From: a virus
Direction: 5' to 3' (one strand)
DNA: 64,000 nt
Virus record (IMG/VR): IMGVR_UViG_3300031578_000001
Below the pieces are notes generated by a model, which made no database searches, was not told where the DNA came from, and worked only from the letters and a program-made list of their open reading frames with translations. Positions 53,142-61,136 of this stretch are shown here, piece by piece (the first letter of the stretch is position 1; each line of letters begins with the position of its first letter). A program made the translations under genes and the position numbers.

Positions 53142-53177
53142 CGACCCGTCTCTCCGAAAGGAAGGCGGGTCGTTTTA
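53142..53177 (+). terminator. Terminator ending the late plus-strand operon
   Basis: CGACCCG...CGGGTCG stem with GAAA-capped inner stem, followed by TTTT. Confidence 0.7.
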
Positions 53178-53180
53178 TGT

Positions 53181-53208
53181 AAAAAAAGAGGCAGGGACGA
53201 CCTGCCTC
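53181..53208 (-). terminator. Terminator ending the minus-strand early cluster
   Basis: GAGGCAGG/CCTGCCTC 8-bp stem followed by seven T on the minus strand; back-to-back with the plus-strand terminator. Confidence 0.8.
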
Positions 53209-53245
53209 TTCTTTGCGATGCAGCTCGGTGCTACGCCGCGAATGA

Positions 53246-53254
53246 TCTTATGAC
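53246..53254 (-). promoter_or_regulatory. Class B motif GTCATAAGA with no downstream ORF
   Basis: Exact 9-mer 10 nt after the 53265 stop and about 40 nt before the terminator stem. Confidence 0.5.
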
Positions 53255-53264
53255 ACGAACGAGG

Positions 53265-53591
53265 TTATTCCTCGGAGGCCTCGGTGTCAGCCTTCCATTC
53301 CTCGACGGGAACGTCGGTGTCGTAGTCCTTGAAGACGCCTCCGTCATCGGGGACGCTGTCGTTCCAATGGAACAGGACGCACCATTTTCCTTCCGAGCCT
53401 TCCGGATTCTTGGGATCCTTTTCGCCAAATGGATCGCTCACACACGACACGTCGCCTCCGAAGTGATTGGTGATCAGTTCTCCGAGGCTCTCCAGGAAAT
53501 GACGATAGGCGTCGGAGTCGTCTATGAAATCTTCGTGTACGGCACGCTGGACGATCTCGGCGCATTCCTTATCGGTGAGTACCTTTGCCAC
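53265..53591 (-). CDS. 108-aa acidic hypothetical protein
   Basis: SD AAGGAG. Confidence 0.7.
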   Translation of the reverse strand: MAKVLTDKECAEIVQRAVHEDFIDDSDAYRHFLESLGELITNHFGGDVSCVSDPFGEKDPKNPEGSEGKWCVLFHWNDSVPDDGGVFKDYDTDVPVEEWKADTEASEE

Positions 53592-53603
53592 CGTTTCTCC
53601 TTT

Positions 53604-53810
53604 CTACACTTTTGTGGGTTTCTCTTTGACCCCTTCCACGATGTAGTGCTCTTCGCAGTCCTTGCACCAGCACTTGTCCGAGTCCTTCTCGGGCGAGGCC
53701 TCGGAGTCCAGCTCGTATTTGTCCTTGTCGTTGATGTCGTTCGCATCCACCCATACGGGGAAGTTGAGCTGGACGTTCGATCCTCCGCAGACCGAGCACA
53801 CGTATTTCAA
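53604..53810 (-). CDS. 68-aa Zn-ribbon protein
   Basis: CSVCGGSNV...WVD.N...WCKDC. Confidence 0.7.
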   Translation of the reverse strand: MKYVCSVCGGSNVQLNFPVWVDANDINDKDKYELDSEASPEKDSDKCWCKDCEEHYIVEGVKEKPTKV

Positions 53811-53946
53811 GTTGGCTCTCCTTTCTGCTCGTTGAGTAGCGTTCTGATCCCGGCCGCTGTAGGGGCAGGCCTGTTGCAGCGACGGACGAGGACCCGGTGA
53901 AATAGGATTTTGTATTCCGACATGTTTTGGTCTTCCACGGCTCCTC

Positions 53947-54324
53947 CTATCGATTCCAGCAGCAGCCGGCCCTCTGGGCGGATTCGGTTACCTGTTCCTT
54001 GGTGGGGATCCAGCCATCCCATCCTTCGGCTTCTTCCTTCAGCCTGAGCACGCGGTTCGTGGCCTTGTCCTTGGTCTCGGCAGGACCCATCAGGACGATG
54101 GAACCGTCGTCGATGGACCACACCGACAGCACGGCCATGAACATGAAGTTTTGGTGGGCGGGACTCACGCGGATGCAGAGGGAGCTGTGGGACTGGCCGT
54201 AGAAGGAGTCTGGGACGTCCTTGTGGTTCTTGAGCAGCGCCATCCATTCACCGGTCTTTTCCTGGATGATCTCCTCGAAACCCTTGAGTTGCTTCATCAA
54301 AGCGTCGTAATCGTAGCGCGGCAT
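53947..54324 (-). CDS. 125-aa hypothetical protein
   Basis: Start reassigned to ATG 54324 (TGATG coupling, SD AAGGAG). Confidence 0.65.
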   Translation of the reverse strand: MPRYDYDALMKQLKGFEEIIQEKTGEWMALLKNHKDVPDSFYGQSHSSLCIRVSPAHQNFMFMAVLSVWSIDDGSIVLMGPAETKDKATNRVLRLKEEAEGWDGWIPTKEQVTESAQRAGCCWNR

Positions 54325-54542
54325 CAGCTCACTCCTTTCTCGTACGCCTGATCCTCGAGCTCCTGGTCGATGACTGTGCGGTTGCGCTCGATGTAGTCCT
54401 TGACCAGCGGCCAGTCCACGATCCAACTCTGGTCGTGGAGCCAGTCGAGATACTTGGCGGGGACGGTGTTCATGGGGCGCCCTTTGTACTTGCCGAAGAG
54501 CATGGGCGATCGGTCAGTCAGCTTCGGAGTGCTTTCCGCCAT
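54324..54542 (-). CDS. 72-aa DUF3820/QSregVF-like small protein
   Basis: MLFGKYKGRPMNTVPAKYLDWL. Confidence 0.7.
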   Translation of the reverse strand: MAESTPKLTDRSPMLFGKYKGRPMNTVPAKYLDWLHDQSWIVDWPLVKDYIERNRTVIDQELEDQAYEKGVS

Positions 54543-54732
54543 CCTTCTTTCCTTTCTTCTTCGCCGCTTTCAGGACGTTGTCCAGGATCTCCACGGCTTT
54601 GTTGCCATCCCTGATGGCCTTGGCCCAGGACTCGAGGTCACAGGGTTCGGGATCGCTCTGGTACTCCTCCTCCACGATCGTAAGGAGATCATAGAGCGCT
54701 GATTTCACTTCCTCTATTTTCTGCCTGGTCAT
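54514..54732 (-). CDS. 72-aa hypothetical protein
   Basis: ATGA coupling; SD GGAGGAGG. Confidence 0.65.
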   Translation of the reverse strand: MTRQKIEEVKSALYDLLTIVEEEYQSDPEPCDLESWAKAIRDGNKAVEILDNVLKAAKKKGKKDGGKHSEAD

Positions 54733-55085
54733 TCCTCCTCCTCGTAGGTGTAATCCTGGATGCTCGGCATCAGGGAGCCAAGATCATTTCCCGGCATTCC
54801 CGGAATGTAGGTGTTGAGCAGGTCGCATATGGCGTCCAACTCGGAATCGTCTTCGTCCCAGTCTTGGGGATCGTGGACGGCGTGATGGTTCGGGGGAAAG
54901 AACGCCCAGTCCCCCATACTGGAGACGAACCTCCACTTCCGCTTCTTGCAGAACGGCTTCACGAACTTGTCGAACACGCTCTTGGCGATCTGGTCGATGT
55001 GGTTTTCGTACCGCTTGCCGAGTTCTCCGATCGCCTTATCGACCTCAGCCTTCGCCTCGGAAATTCCAAACGATTCGGCTTTCAT
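54729..55085 (-). CDS. 118-aa hypothetical protein
   Basis: Start reassigned to ATG 55085 (SD AGGAG). Confidence 0.65.
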   Translation of the reverse strand: MKAESFGISEAKAEVDKAIGELGKRYENHIDQIAKSVFDKFVKPFCKKRKWRFVSSMGDWAFFPPNHHAVHDPQDWDEDDSELDAICDLLNTYIPGMPGNDLGSLMPSIQDYTYEEEE

Positions 55086-55114
55086 TGGCTCTCCTGTCTG
55101 AACTATTTCCGGCA

Positions 55115-55624
55115 CTAACAATTCTTCTCGGGCGAGAGGAGATCGAGGTACTGGAGGAGATTGGTCCCTGGGTGTTCAACCTTTCCAAGGATTCCTTTGG
55201 GCTGAAGATGGTAGTGGTCTCCATGCCTTGTCTCGAGCCTATCGAGCGCCTCGTCCTCGGTCTCCGCCGCTACGATCACGTGGACGAGAAAGGTCTGGTC
55301 GTCGACGTGGAGTTCCGAATAGCAGAGGAAGAGTGAGTGTCCCTGGTAGACCAGTGCATAGTATTTGGCGGCGCTCTCCGCTCGCTCCTTGCTGGGGTAG
55401 GGGCCGTGGCGGTCGGCACACGTCTCGTCCCAGAACCACCACGAGCCTCTGTGGTAGTGGATCGGGCTGTGGCAAAACTCCGATCTTGGAGGGATAATTT
55501 CGGTTGCGTTCTTCGTGCGCTTCTCGTAGCAGAAGTGGCAGAGGCATTTCTTCTCTCCGCGGACGATGACATCCTTGAGGCTCTCAGGATGCTTCTCTCC
55601 ACCACAGTCATCGCACTTCGCCAT
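55115..55624 (-). CDS. 169-aa protein with N-terminal Zn finger
   Basis: CDDC...CHFC; TGATG coupling. Confidence 0.65.
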   Translation of the reverse strand: MAKCDDCGGEKHPESLKDVIVRGEKKCLCHFCYEKRTKNATEIIPPRSEFCHSPIHYHRGSWWFWDETCADRHGPYPSKERAESAAKYYALVYQGHSLFLCYSELHVDDQTFLVHVIVAAETEDEALDRLETRHGDHYHLQPKGILGKVEHPGTNLLQYLDLLSPEKNC

Positions 55625-56190
55625 CAGAGATCCTCCGATTCGTAGGGCTCAATTTCGGCACCGCACTCCGGGCACTTGTCGTTGCACTCGCACGTCCACG
55701 AGGACACCCAGCGGACTCCGCAGTGCTGGTACTTGTTGAGGAATCTGTGTTTCTCCCTCTCCGGGTCGTAGGGCATTAAGGAGACTTCACATCCGAGGCA
55801 ACGGCCTCCATCCGTGTCCTCCTCGGAGTGCTGCTTCCCGCATCCTGGGCAGAACGCGGGGGGATTCTGATTCCTTTCGCTCACGTAGGCGTAGGTTTCG
55901 ACGTTGATGGTCTCCGCCGGCACCCATCCGTGCTTGTCATCATTTTGGAACGCCGTGGTGGCGAATGCTTCGTTGCGGAGCCTCTCCCCGATCTCGCACT
56001 GATCGGCGTTGGACTGGACGAGGACGGAGACCTCCTTCTGGAGGATGATGGTTTCCGTGACGATACCCTGAACCACGGTGAGGTCCTTCCTGTCGCATAC
56101 GTCGCAGACGAGAAGGTTGTTGCCCTTGTAATGGGGTTTAGAGGTCACAGTGCCGCACCAGCCGCACTTGGTTTCTTTCTTGCTCATCAC
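55624..56190 (-). CDS. 188-aa multi-Zn-ribbon protein
   Basis: CGWC..CDVC, CPGC..CLGC, C..WxC.CNDKCPECG. Confidence 0.7.
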   Translation of the reverse strand: MMSKKETKCGWCGTVTSKPHYKGNNLLVCDVCDRKDLTVVQGIVTETIILQKEVSVLVQSNADQCEIGERLRNEAFATTAFQNDDKHGWVPAETINVETYAYVSERNQNPPAFCPGCGKQHSEEDTDGGRCLGCEVSLMPYDPEREKHRFLNKYQHCGVRWVSSWTCECNDKCPECGAEIEPYESEDL

Positions 56191-56564
56191 TCCTCCAGTT
56201 TATCCACCTTGGCCGCGACCCACGGGGCATGCCTGATGTGGTGATCCGTGGCTCCGTTGGCTTCTTCCGCGTCGTCGTCGTACGGACCGAACAGACGCAG
56301 ACCGTCGATGACGTTGCCCGCTATGATGACGTAGGACTCTTCAGGCTTCTTCTCGTCCTCCACCAGTACGTGGATGTAGCGGTCCATGGTCAGGGTGATG
56401 CTGGGAGGCCGGTTGAAGTCCACGAGAACCTCGTTGCACATGAGGCACTCGATAGCGATGTTCTCGGGGTAGCCTTCGCCATACGTGGTGACGCGGATGT
56501 CGTGGCCTACGTGCTTGGCGAGGTCGTGGAATCCTTGACCTCCTTCAGACAAATCGATTCCCAT
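56187..56564 (-). CDS. 125-aa hypothetical protein
   Basis: Start reassigned to ATG 56564 (SD AAGG); HVGHDI...IAIEC..CNEVL motif. Confidence 0.7.
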   Translation of the reverse strand: MGIDLSEGGQGFHDLAKHVGHDIRVTTYGEGYPENIAIECLMCNEVLVDFNRPPSITLTMDRYIHVLVEDEKKPEESYVIIAGNVIDGLRLFGPYDDDAEEANGATDHHIRHAPWVAAKVDKLEE

Positions 56565-56586
56565 GGTTCCTTCTTGATAGGTCGAG

Positions 56587-56847
56587 TTACTTTCCGTACC
56601 GCCTTCTACGGGTGCAGATGGTCCTGGAGATCCCGTCTTCAGGTATAGGAATCTGAGTCGGTTCCCTGATGTCGCTGATAGGGCACTCCGAGCAGTATCC
56701 GTAGGGGTGGCCCGGAGGCGGGTTCGGGTTGTGCGGACATCTCGAAACGAAGATGTTGAGCATCCAGTCGAGGGCTTTGCGTGCCTTGTCGAGGTCCTTC
56801 TTCGGCACCATCTTGTCAATCTCTTCCTGGGTCAAGATGTACTTCAT
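56587..56847 (-). CDS. 86-aa Cys-containing hypothetical protein
   Basis: Start reassigned to ATG 56847 (SD GGAGAG); GYCSECP. Confidence 0.6.
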   Translation of the reverse strand: MKYILTQEEIDKMVPKKDLDKARKALDWMLNIFVSRCPHNPNPPPGHPYGYCSECPISDIREPTQIPIPEDGISRTICTRRRRYGK

Positions 56848-57046
56848 GATTCTCTCCTTCGCTGAAGGGATTCTTCTTGAGCCATTTTTTAATGTACTCG
56901 ATTTCTTTGATCTCACCGTGCTTGATCTGGATGACGCGATAGCCTATGAAGACGCAGAACTGCTCTCTGAGTTTGGGATTGTTCGACCAGAACTCGTTCT
57001 CCGCGGACTTCATAAAATCCTGAAGATCACTGATCTCGAATGTCAT
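56816..57046 (-). CDS. 76-aa hypothetical protein
   Basis: SD GGAG upstream; overlaps the next gene. Confidence 0.55.
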   Translation of the reverse strand: MTFEISDLQDFMKSAENEFWSNNPKLREQFCVFIGYRVIQIKHGEIKEIEYIKKWLKKNPFSEGENHEVHLDPGRD

Positions 57047-57104
57047 GTAAAAGGACTCCTCGAAGCAGGCCCGGCCGCCGAAACGACCGGGCCTGATGGT
57101 TGAT

Positions 57105-57134
57105 AAAAAAGCGCCACTCCACGAGGAGCGGCGC
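57105..57134 (-). terminator. Intrinsic terminator
   Basis: GCGCC..CTCC-TCGT-GGAG..GGCGC followed by six T on the minus strand. Confidence 0.65.
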
Positions 57135-57162
57135 CTTTCCCTGGAACCCCCTACTGGAGGAG

Positions 57163-57699
57163 CTATTCGCTATCGTCTTCGTCCTCCTCCTCGTCGCCCT
57201 CGACGCCGACCTGGTGCTCGCCGGCGTTCTCCTCATCCTCGTCGTCCTCCTCCTCCTCGTCCTCTGGATCTTCCACCTTGGGCATCTGGATCTTGGTTGT
57301 ACCGAAGTGGTCCCTGAAGTTCCTGGTGAGTTGGTGCCGGAGGTAGTTCTCCATGCTCTCGAATCCATCGAGGATCTCGAGTGCCTCTCCGACGCTCATT
57401 TCGACGCCGAGGTCCTTCATCAGCTTCAGTAGCCAGGTCGCTCTGGTGTTCTTGTCCTTCCCGGCGACGTCGAGGCCGGCAAGGATAGTGGACAGTATCG
57501 TGTCCGCGAAACGGAGTTTTATGCCCAGAGCTTTCAGGCGCCGTTCGACTTTGGTGAGGAACGCTCTCACTGTCTTGTTGGGCTTGGGCATGTCGACCGA
57601 GGGCACCGCCCCTGTGACCGACAATGCTCTGAGGGAGCGCTGAACTCCCTCTTGGAATCTCCGCCAGTAGACTTTTCTCGCCCGCTGTTTTGTCTCCAT
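57163..57699 (-). CDS. 178-aa protein with basic N-terminus and highly acidic C-terminal tail
   Basis: Start reassigned to ATG 57699 (SD GGAGG); EDPEDEEEEDDEDEE...DEEEDEDDSE; class B motif at 57747-57755. Confidence 0.75.
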   Translation of the reverse strand: METKQRARKVYWRRFQEGVQRSLRALSVTGAVPSVDMPKPNKTVRAFLTKVERRLKALGIKLRFADTILSTILAGLDVAGKDKNTRATWLLKLMKDLGVEMSVGEALEILDGFESMENYLRHQLTRNFRDHFGTTKIQMPKVEDPEDEEEEDDEDEENAGEHQVGVEGDEEEDEDDSE

Positions 57700-57746
57700 G
57701 TCTCCTCCGAAAAAATAGGTCAGGGAATAAGGTTTCCTTTCAATGG

Positions 57747-57755
57747 TCTTATGAC
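57747..57755 (-). promoter_or_regulatory. Class B motif GTCATAAGA
   Basis: Exact 9-mer upstream of the 57699 start. Confidence 0.65.
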
Positions 57756-57830
57756 TCAAAAGCGATTCTCTTTCGGGGTAAAAAGAAGCCGGGCTCGGAG
57801 GTCCGACTTCTCGAGAGGAGGACGTTGTGG

Positions 57831-58049
57831 TCAATAGCCTTCGCTTCTGAACACAGCCACCTGTTCCGCCTTCTTGTAGAAGGTGAACTTCGTGTAATCG
57901 GGGCCGGGATCCTTGAACAGCGATTCCTCGATGATGATGGAATCGCAGTCCTCTACCTTCTTCAGGTTTTCAGGCGAAAGCGACGGGAAGATCTCCCGCG
58001 CTTTGGCCTGAGTCTTCTCCTTGCCCTTGACAAGAATCTCTCGTGGCAT
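57831..58049 (-). CDS. 72-aa hypothetical protein
   Basis: Start reassigned to ATG 58049 (SD AAGGAG); class B motif at 58079-58087. Confidence 0.7.
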   Translation of the reverse strand: MPREILVKGKEKTQAKAREIFPSLSPENLKKVEDCDSIIIEESLFKDPGPDYTKFTFYKKAEQVAVFRSEGY

Positions 58050-58078
58050 AGGAATACTCCTTTCTCTCCTCTTAACAG

Positions 58079-58119
58079 TCTTATGACAAAAAAGAAGCGA
58101 CCACTTGGTCACTTCTTTT
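58079..58119 (-). terminator. Terminator (58088-58119) immediately followed by class B motif (58079-58087)
   Basis: AAAAGAAG-TGACC-AAGT-GGTCG-CTTCTTTTTT then GTCATAAGA. Confidence 0.7.
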
Positions 58120-58440
58120 GATCTTCACCCCCGACCGAGTGGGCCGGGGGCTTCGAAAGGAGGCCAGGAGGCCCGCCCGGATGATCGCCCAGCAGCGATG
58201 CCGCTGTGACTGCGGGGGTAGCTACCCCCCACAGCGCGTCGACCAATGTCGAAGCGATCTCCCTACCGCCGACGACGACGACCCTTTCGGATAAGCCGCC
58301 GAATCCTTCTACCGACTTGGTAGCCGACCTCGAAGGATTTCTGAGCGAGCAGGAAGACGCCGTGTACGTCTTTCGTCGTCACGGCAGCCCCCTTTCCATC
58401 ACGAATCTCGTCAGTCATCAGGACTAACGATTTCCGTGAC
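58120..58440 (-). ncRNA. Candidate ~320-nt highly structured RNA of unknown family
   Basis: At least seven stems including GAAA-capped hairpins and a multibranch domain, between a class B motif (58445-58453) and a terminator; the only ORF (58263-58418) lacks an SD. Confidence 0.5.
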
Positions 58441-58453
58441 ACTCTCTTATGAC

Positions 58454-58609
58454 TCATAGGGAATGTGTTTTTTGGTGATGACACTTTCCGAGCGTATGTT
58501 TCGTCCAGTCGCAGTTCCTGTCACACATTTTTCTTCCCTTACGGGCGGTCGCCCCGCAGGATGTGTAGAGACCTTTCTCTCTACGGAGACTCAAGGTCTC
58601 TTTCTTCAT
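58454..58609 (-). CDS. 51-aa basic Cys-containing peptide
   Basis: SD GGAGG; MKKETLSLRREKGLYTSCG...MCDRNC. Confidence 0.5.
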   Translation of the reverse strand: MKKETLSLRREKGLYTSCGATARKGRKMCDRNCDWTKHTLGKCHHQKTHSL

Positions 58610-58648
58610 CTGATCCTCCGGAGTAAAAATTGAACTCTGGGACTCAAG

Positions 58649-58676
58649 TTGATCGCAGATGTTGCAATGGTATACT
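58649..58676 (+). promoter_or_regulatory. Class A promoter TTGATC-N16-TATACT
   Basis: 62 nt before ATG 58739, at the start of the head-gene block. Confidence 0.65.
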
Positions 58677-58738
58677 TCAGATGTGACCAAGAGCTTCTCG
58701 CGACACTATCTTATGGCACAAATGGAGAGGTTTTCCCC

Positions 58739-59335
58739 ATGAGCCTACTCTTCGAGATGATGGAACGCAGAAACGCCGGGCTGATCAAGGAGGCGTCGGA
58801 TCAATCCGATTCCATCCTGGTCAAGGTCGCGAACGGACTCGAGACCGAATCCCTCTTGGCCCTGCTCGGTCCCGTGTTCCAGGCGAGCCCGCCTACGAAC
58901 ATGGACCAGATCAAGGAGCTTCTGGGTCAGCTGATCCAGGGGAAGATCCAGGCGAGCCTGACTGCCATGGAGATGAACGGTGAGGCCGATCCCCTGGAGA
59001 TCCAGAAGAAGAAGATCGAGAGGATGGTGGACATCACCCGGGGAAGGTTACGTCTCGCGGAACTCCAGAAGGATCTGATCGAGAAGCAGCAGGATCTGTC
59101 CTCCAAGATGCAATCGAATGCGGCCATGCAGGCGACCATGCAGATGCCGATGATGGGAGGACAGTCTCCCGTCCCGCCGCCGATTCCGAGTCCCGGAGGT
59201 CCGATGCCTGGCATGATGATGCCGGGAATGGCTCCTCCACCAGGGATGGCTCCCCCACCCGGGGCGCCCCCGATGCTCCCGAAGCCTCCTGCCATACCGA
59301 TGCCTGAAAGCCCGATGGAGGCGGCGTCTAAGTAG
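58739..59335 (+). CDS. 198-aa coiled-coil, Pro/Met-rich protein (scaffold/core-like, tentative)
   Basis: Start reassigned to ATG 58739 (SD GGAGAGG); KEA and KVA sites; MPG/PPG low-complexity tail. Confidence 0.7.
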   Translation: MSLLFEMMERRNAGLIKEASDQSDSILVKVANGLETESLLALLGPVFQASPPTNMDQIKELLGQLIQGKIQASLTAMEMNGEADPLEIQKKKIERMVDITRGRLRLAELQKDLIEKQQDLSSKMQSNAAMQATMQMPMMGGQSPVPPPIPSPGGPMPGMMMPGMAPPPGMAPPPGAPPMLPKPPAIPMPESPMEAASK

Positions 59336-59386
59336 TATCCAACCGGTGGGTACGAGGGGAACCGGTATCAGCCATTGAGGTGAGCA

Positions 59387-60541
59387 ATGTTCAAGATCGC
59401 AGCGGCCGTCGTCGACTTCTACGACGATCCGGATTTCCACGCCTCGGCAGAGGCCCAGGCCCTCATCAAGGAGGGGCATGTTCGCCCTCTCGAGGCGGTG
59501 TCGGAACTGCATGACCGGGACTTCGCGGTCCTGATCATGACCAAGGCCGGCACGCATCGGAAGTTCCCGATCTACAGCCCCATGGCGACGGGCCTGTCGG
59601 GCCGCTACTACGAGGACATCGAGGAGGCTCTTCCTGAGGAGATCAGGAAGGTCGCCGGATTCTTCCTCAAGAAGGCGCACGAGGAGTTCGGGCTCGCTCT
59701 GCCTCCCTCTCTCGCCGAGGAGTACGAGCCCGTGGCCCATAACGAGGTGAGCCACGAGCCGACCGAGGACATCCGGATCCGCTCGACCGAAGCCGTCGTG
59801 AAGATGGCCCAGTATTCGTTCACATCCCATAGCCGAGAGATGAAGCCGATGGAGAAGGTGGCCATGGCCATGGACGTCAATAGGGCCGTCGAGTCGTGCG
59901 GCGAGGTCCTCACGGAGCAGGAGATCTGGGATTACGTTCCGAAGGACATCTACGGTCTGCATGCCGAGGAGATGCTCGAGCAGAGGCAGACTTTATCCAA
60001 GGAAGCCGGCAAGCAGATCGAGGCCGCGTTCGAGCAGATCCTCGACGAGTTCGCCAAGATGCCTCCCACCGAAGGCCCGTTCCTCATTCACCAGTTCGAC
60101 AAGACCGCGGGCTTCGACTACCGCTACGACCTCGGGGGCGTCATGGATCCATTCTGGGGTGCGTGGGCCGGCTTCTCGCTGCCCTCGAAGGAGGCGGGCG
60201 CCACGGAGGATCTCTTCCGTCACAAGCTCGAGACTATCGCCATATACGACCGGCTCCTGAAGAGGACCTTCGGTGAGCCGTTCGTGACCAAGTTCACCCA
60301 GGATCCCAAGGGCACCTACGAGATCGCCACCCCGGAGCAGAAGAAAGTGCTCGACTTCCTGATCGCCAACATCCCGACCAAGAAGCCCGAGAATTCGGAT
60401 AAACCGATGGCTCCTGGTAGGGACGAAGCAAGCAAAGTCACCAAGGATCTAAAGAAGACCCAGGTGAAGCCTTCAGACAAGCCGGACACCATCAACGACT
60501 GGAGGGACTCGATCTACGGAGCGGTCAATGCCGGACTTTGA
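59387..60541 (+). CDS. 384-aa head-assembly-region protein
   Basis: SD GAGGTG; DRDFAVL..RKFPI motif; many KxA sites; upstream of portal. Confidence 0.7.
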   Translation: MFKIAAAVVDFYDDPDFHASAEAQALIKEGHVRPLEAVSELHDRDFAVLIMTKAGTHRKFPIYSPMATGLSGRYYEDIEEALPEEIRKVAGFFLKKAHEEFGLALPPSLAEEYEPVAHNEVSHEPTEDIRIRSTEAVVKMAQYSFTSHSREMKPMEKVAMAMDVNRAVESCGEVLTEQEIWDYVPKDIYGLHAEEMLEQRQTLSKEAGKQIEAAFEQILDEFAKMPPTEGPFLIHQFDKTAGFDYRYDLGGVMDPFWGAWAGFSLPSKEAGATEDLFRHKLETIAIYDRLLKRTFGEPFVTKFTQDPKGTYEIATPEQKKVLDFLIANIPTKKPENSDKPMAPGRDEASKVTKDLKKTQVKPSDKPDTINDWRDSIYGAVNAGL

Positions 60542-61136
60542 TCTCTTTATCAAGAAGAATGTCCGGCCAGACGCCTACAGGGACTTGTTCGACCGGACCT
60601 TCGAACGCCAATGGATCGAATGGGAGCCCGAGACTCTCCGTATGGAGATCCCGAGGACCTGGGGCGTGCATCCGATCGAAGAGGTCTTCGAAAAGATCAT
60701 GGCCCTCCAGACTTTTCTTAGGACGGACCTCTTCTGGGACGATGTCATTGCCTTCGAGAACATTGTCCTGGCTTTCAACGATCTATTCGTGGACCCTGAT
60801 CTCGTGCAGCAGGCGCTTCCGCGGGAGATCGCGTTCGGTGTCGTGGTCGCGAATCGCCTAAACACGAAGTCCGACTTCGTGCAGGACATCGTCGAGTACA
60901 TCAGGGCGAGCCATCGGGAGGAGGGGATCCTGGTCTACCATCCGGAACTCAAGATGTTCCAGCCGGAGTATTCGGACGACTTCAGAAAGGGCATTGCTGC
61001 CCGGGTGCAGGAACTCATGGCAGTAGGATCGCAGGTCCATGAGGACATGAGTGAAGAAGACTCAGTGCAGGTACAGTTCGCCAAGACGATGGACTGCGTC
61101 CTGTATGTCAGCGATAAGATGGAGCGGGCACAATGA
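60528..61136 (+). CDS. 202-aa portal-adjacent protein of unknown function
   Basis: WIEWEPETL...FWDDVIAFE; overlaps both neighbours. Confidence 0.75.
   Translation: MPDFDLFIKKNVRPDAYRDLFDRTFERQWIEWEPETLRMEIPRTWGVHPIEEVFEKIMALQTFLRTDLFWDDVIAFENIVLAFNDLFVDPDLVQQALPREIAFGVVVANRLNTKSDFVQDIVEYIRASHREEGILVYHPELKMFQPEYSDDFRKGIAARVQELMAVGSQVHEDMSEEDSVQVQFAKTMDCVLYVSDKMERAQ

Noticed and set aside
58263-58418. 51-aa Arg-rich ORF as a real gene
   Set aside because: No SD, and the Arg run comes from CGT/CGG repeats that take part in predicted stems; treated as part of the ncRNA candidate, though not excluded.
58345-58421. Hammerhead ribozyme (CTGATGA ... CGAAA ... stem on the minus strand)
   Set aside because: The strand after the putative cleavage triplet cannot pair with the strand before CTGATGA (no stem I), and stem II lacks the usual closing pair.
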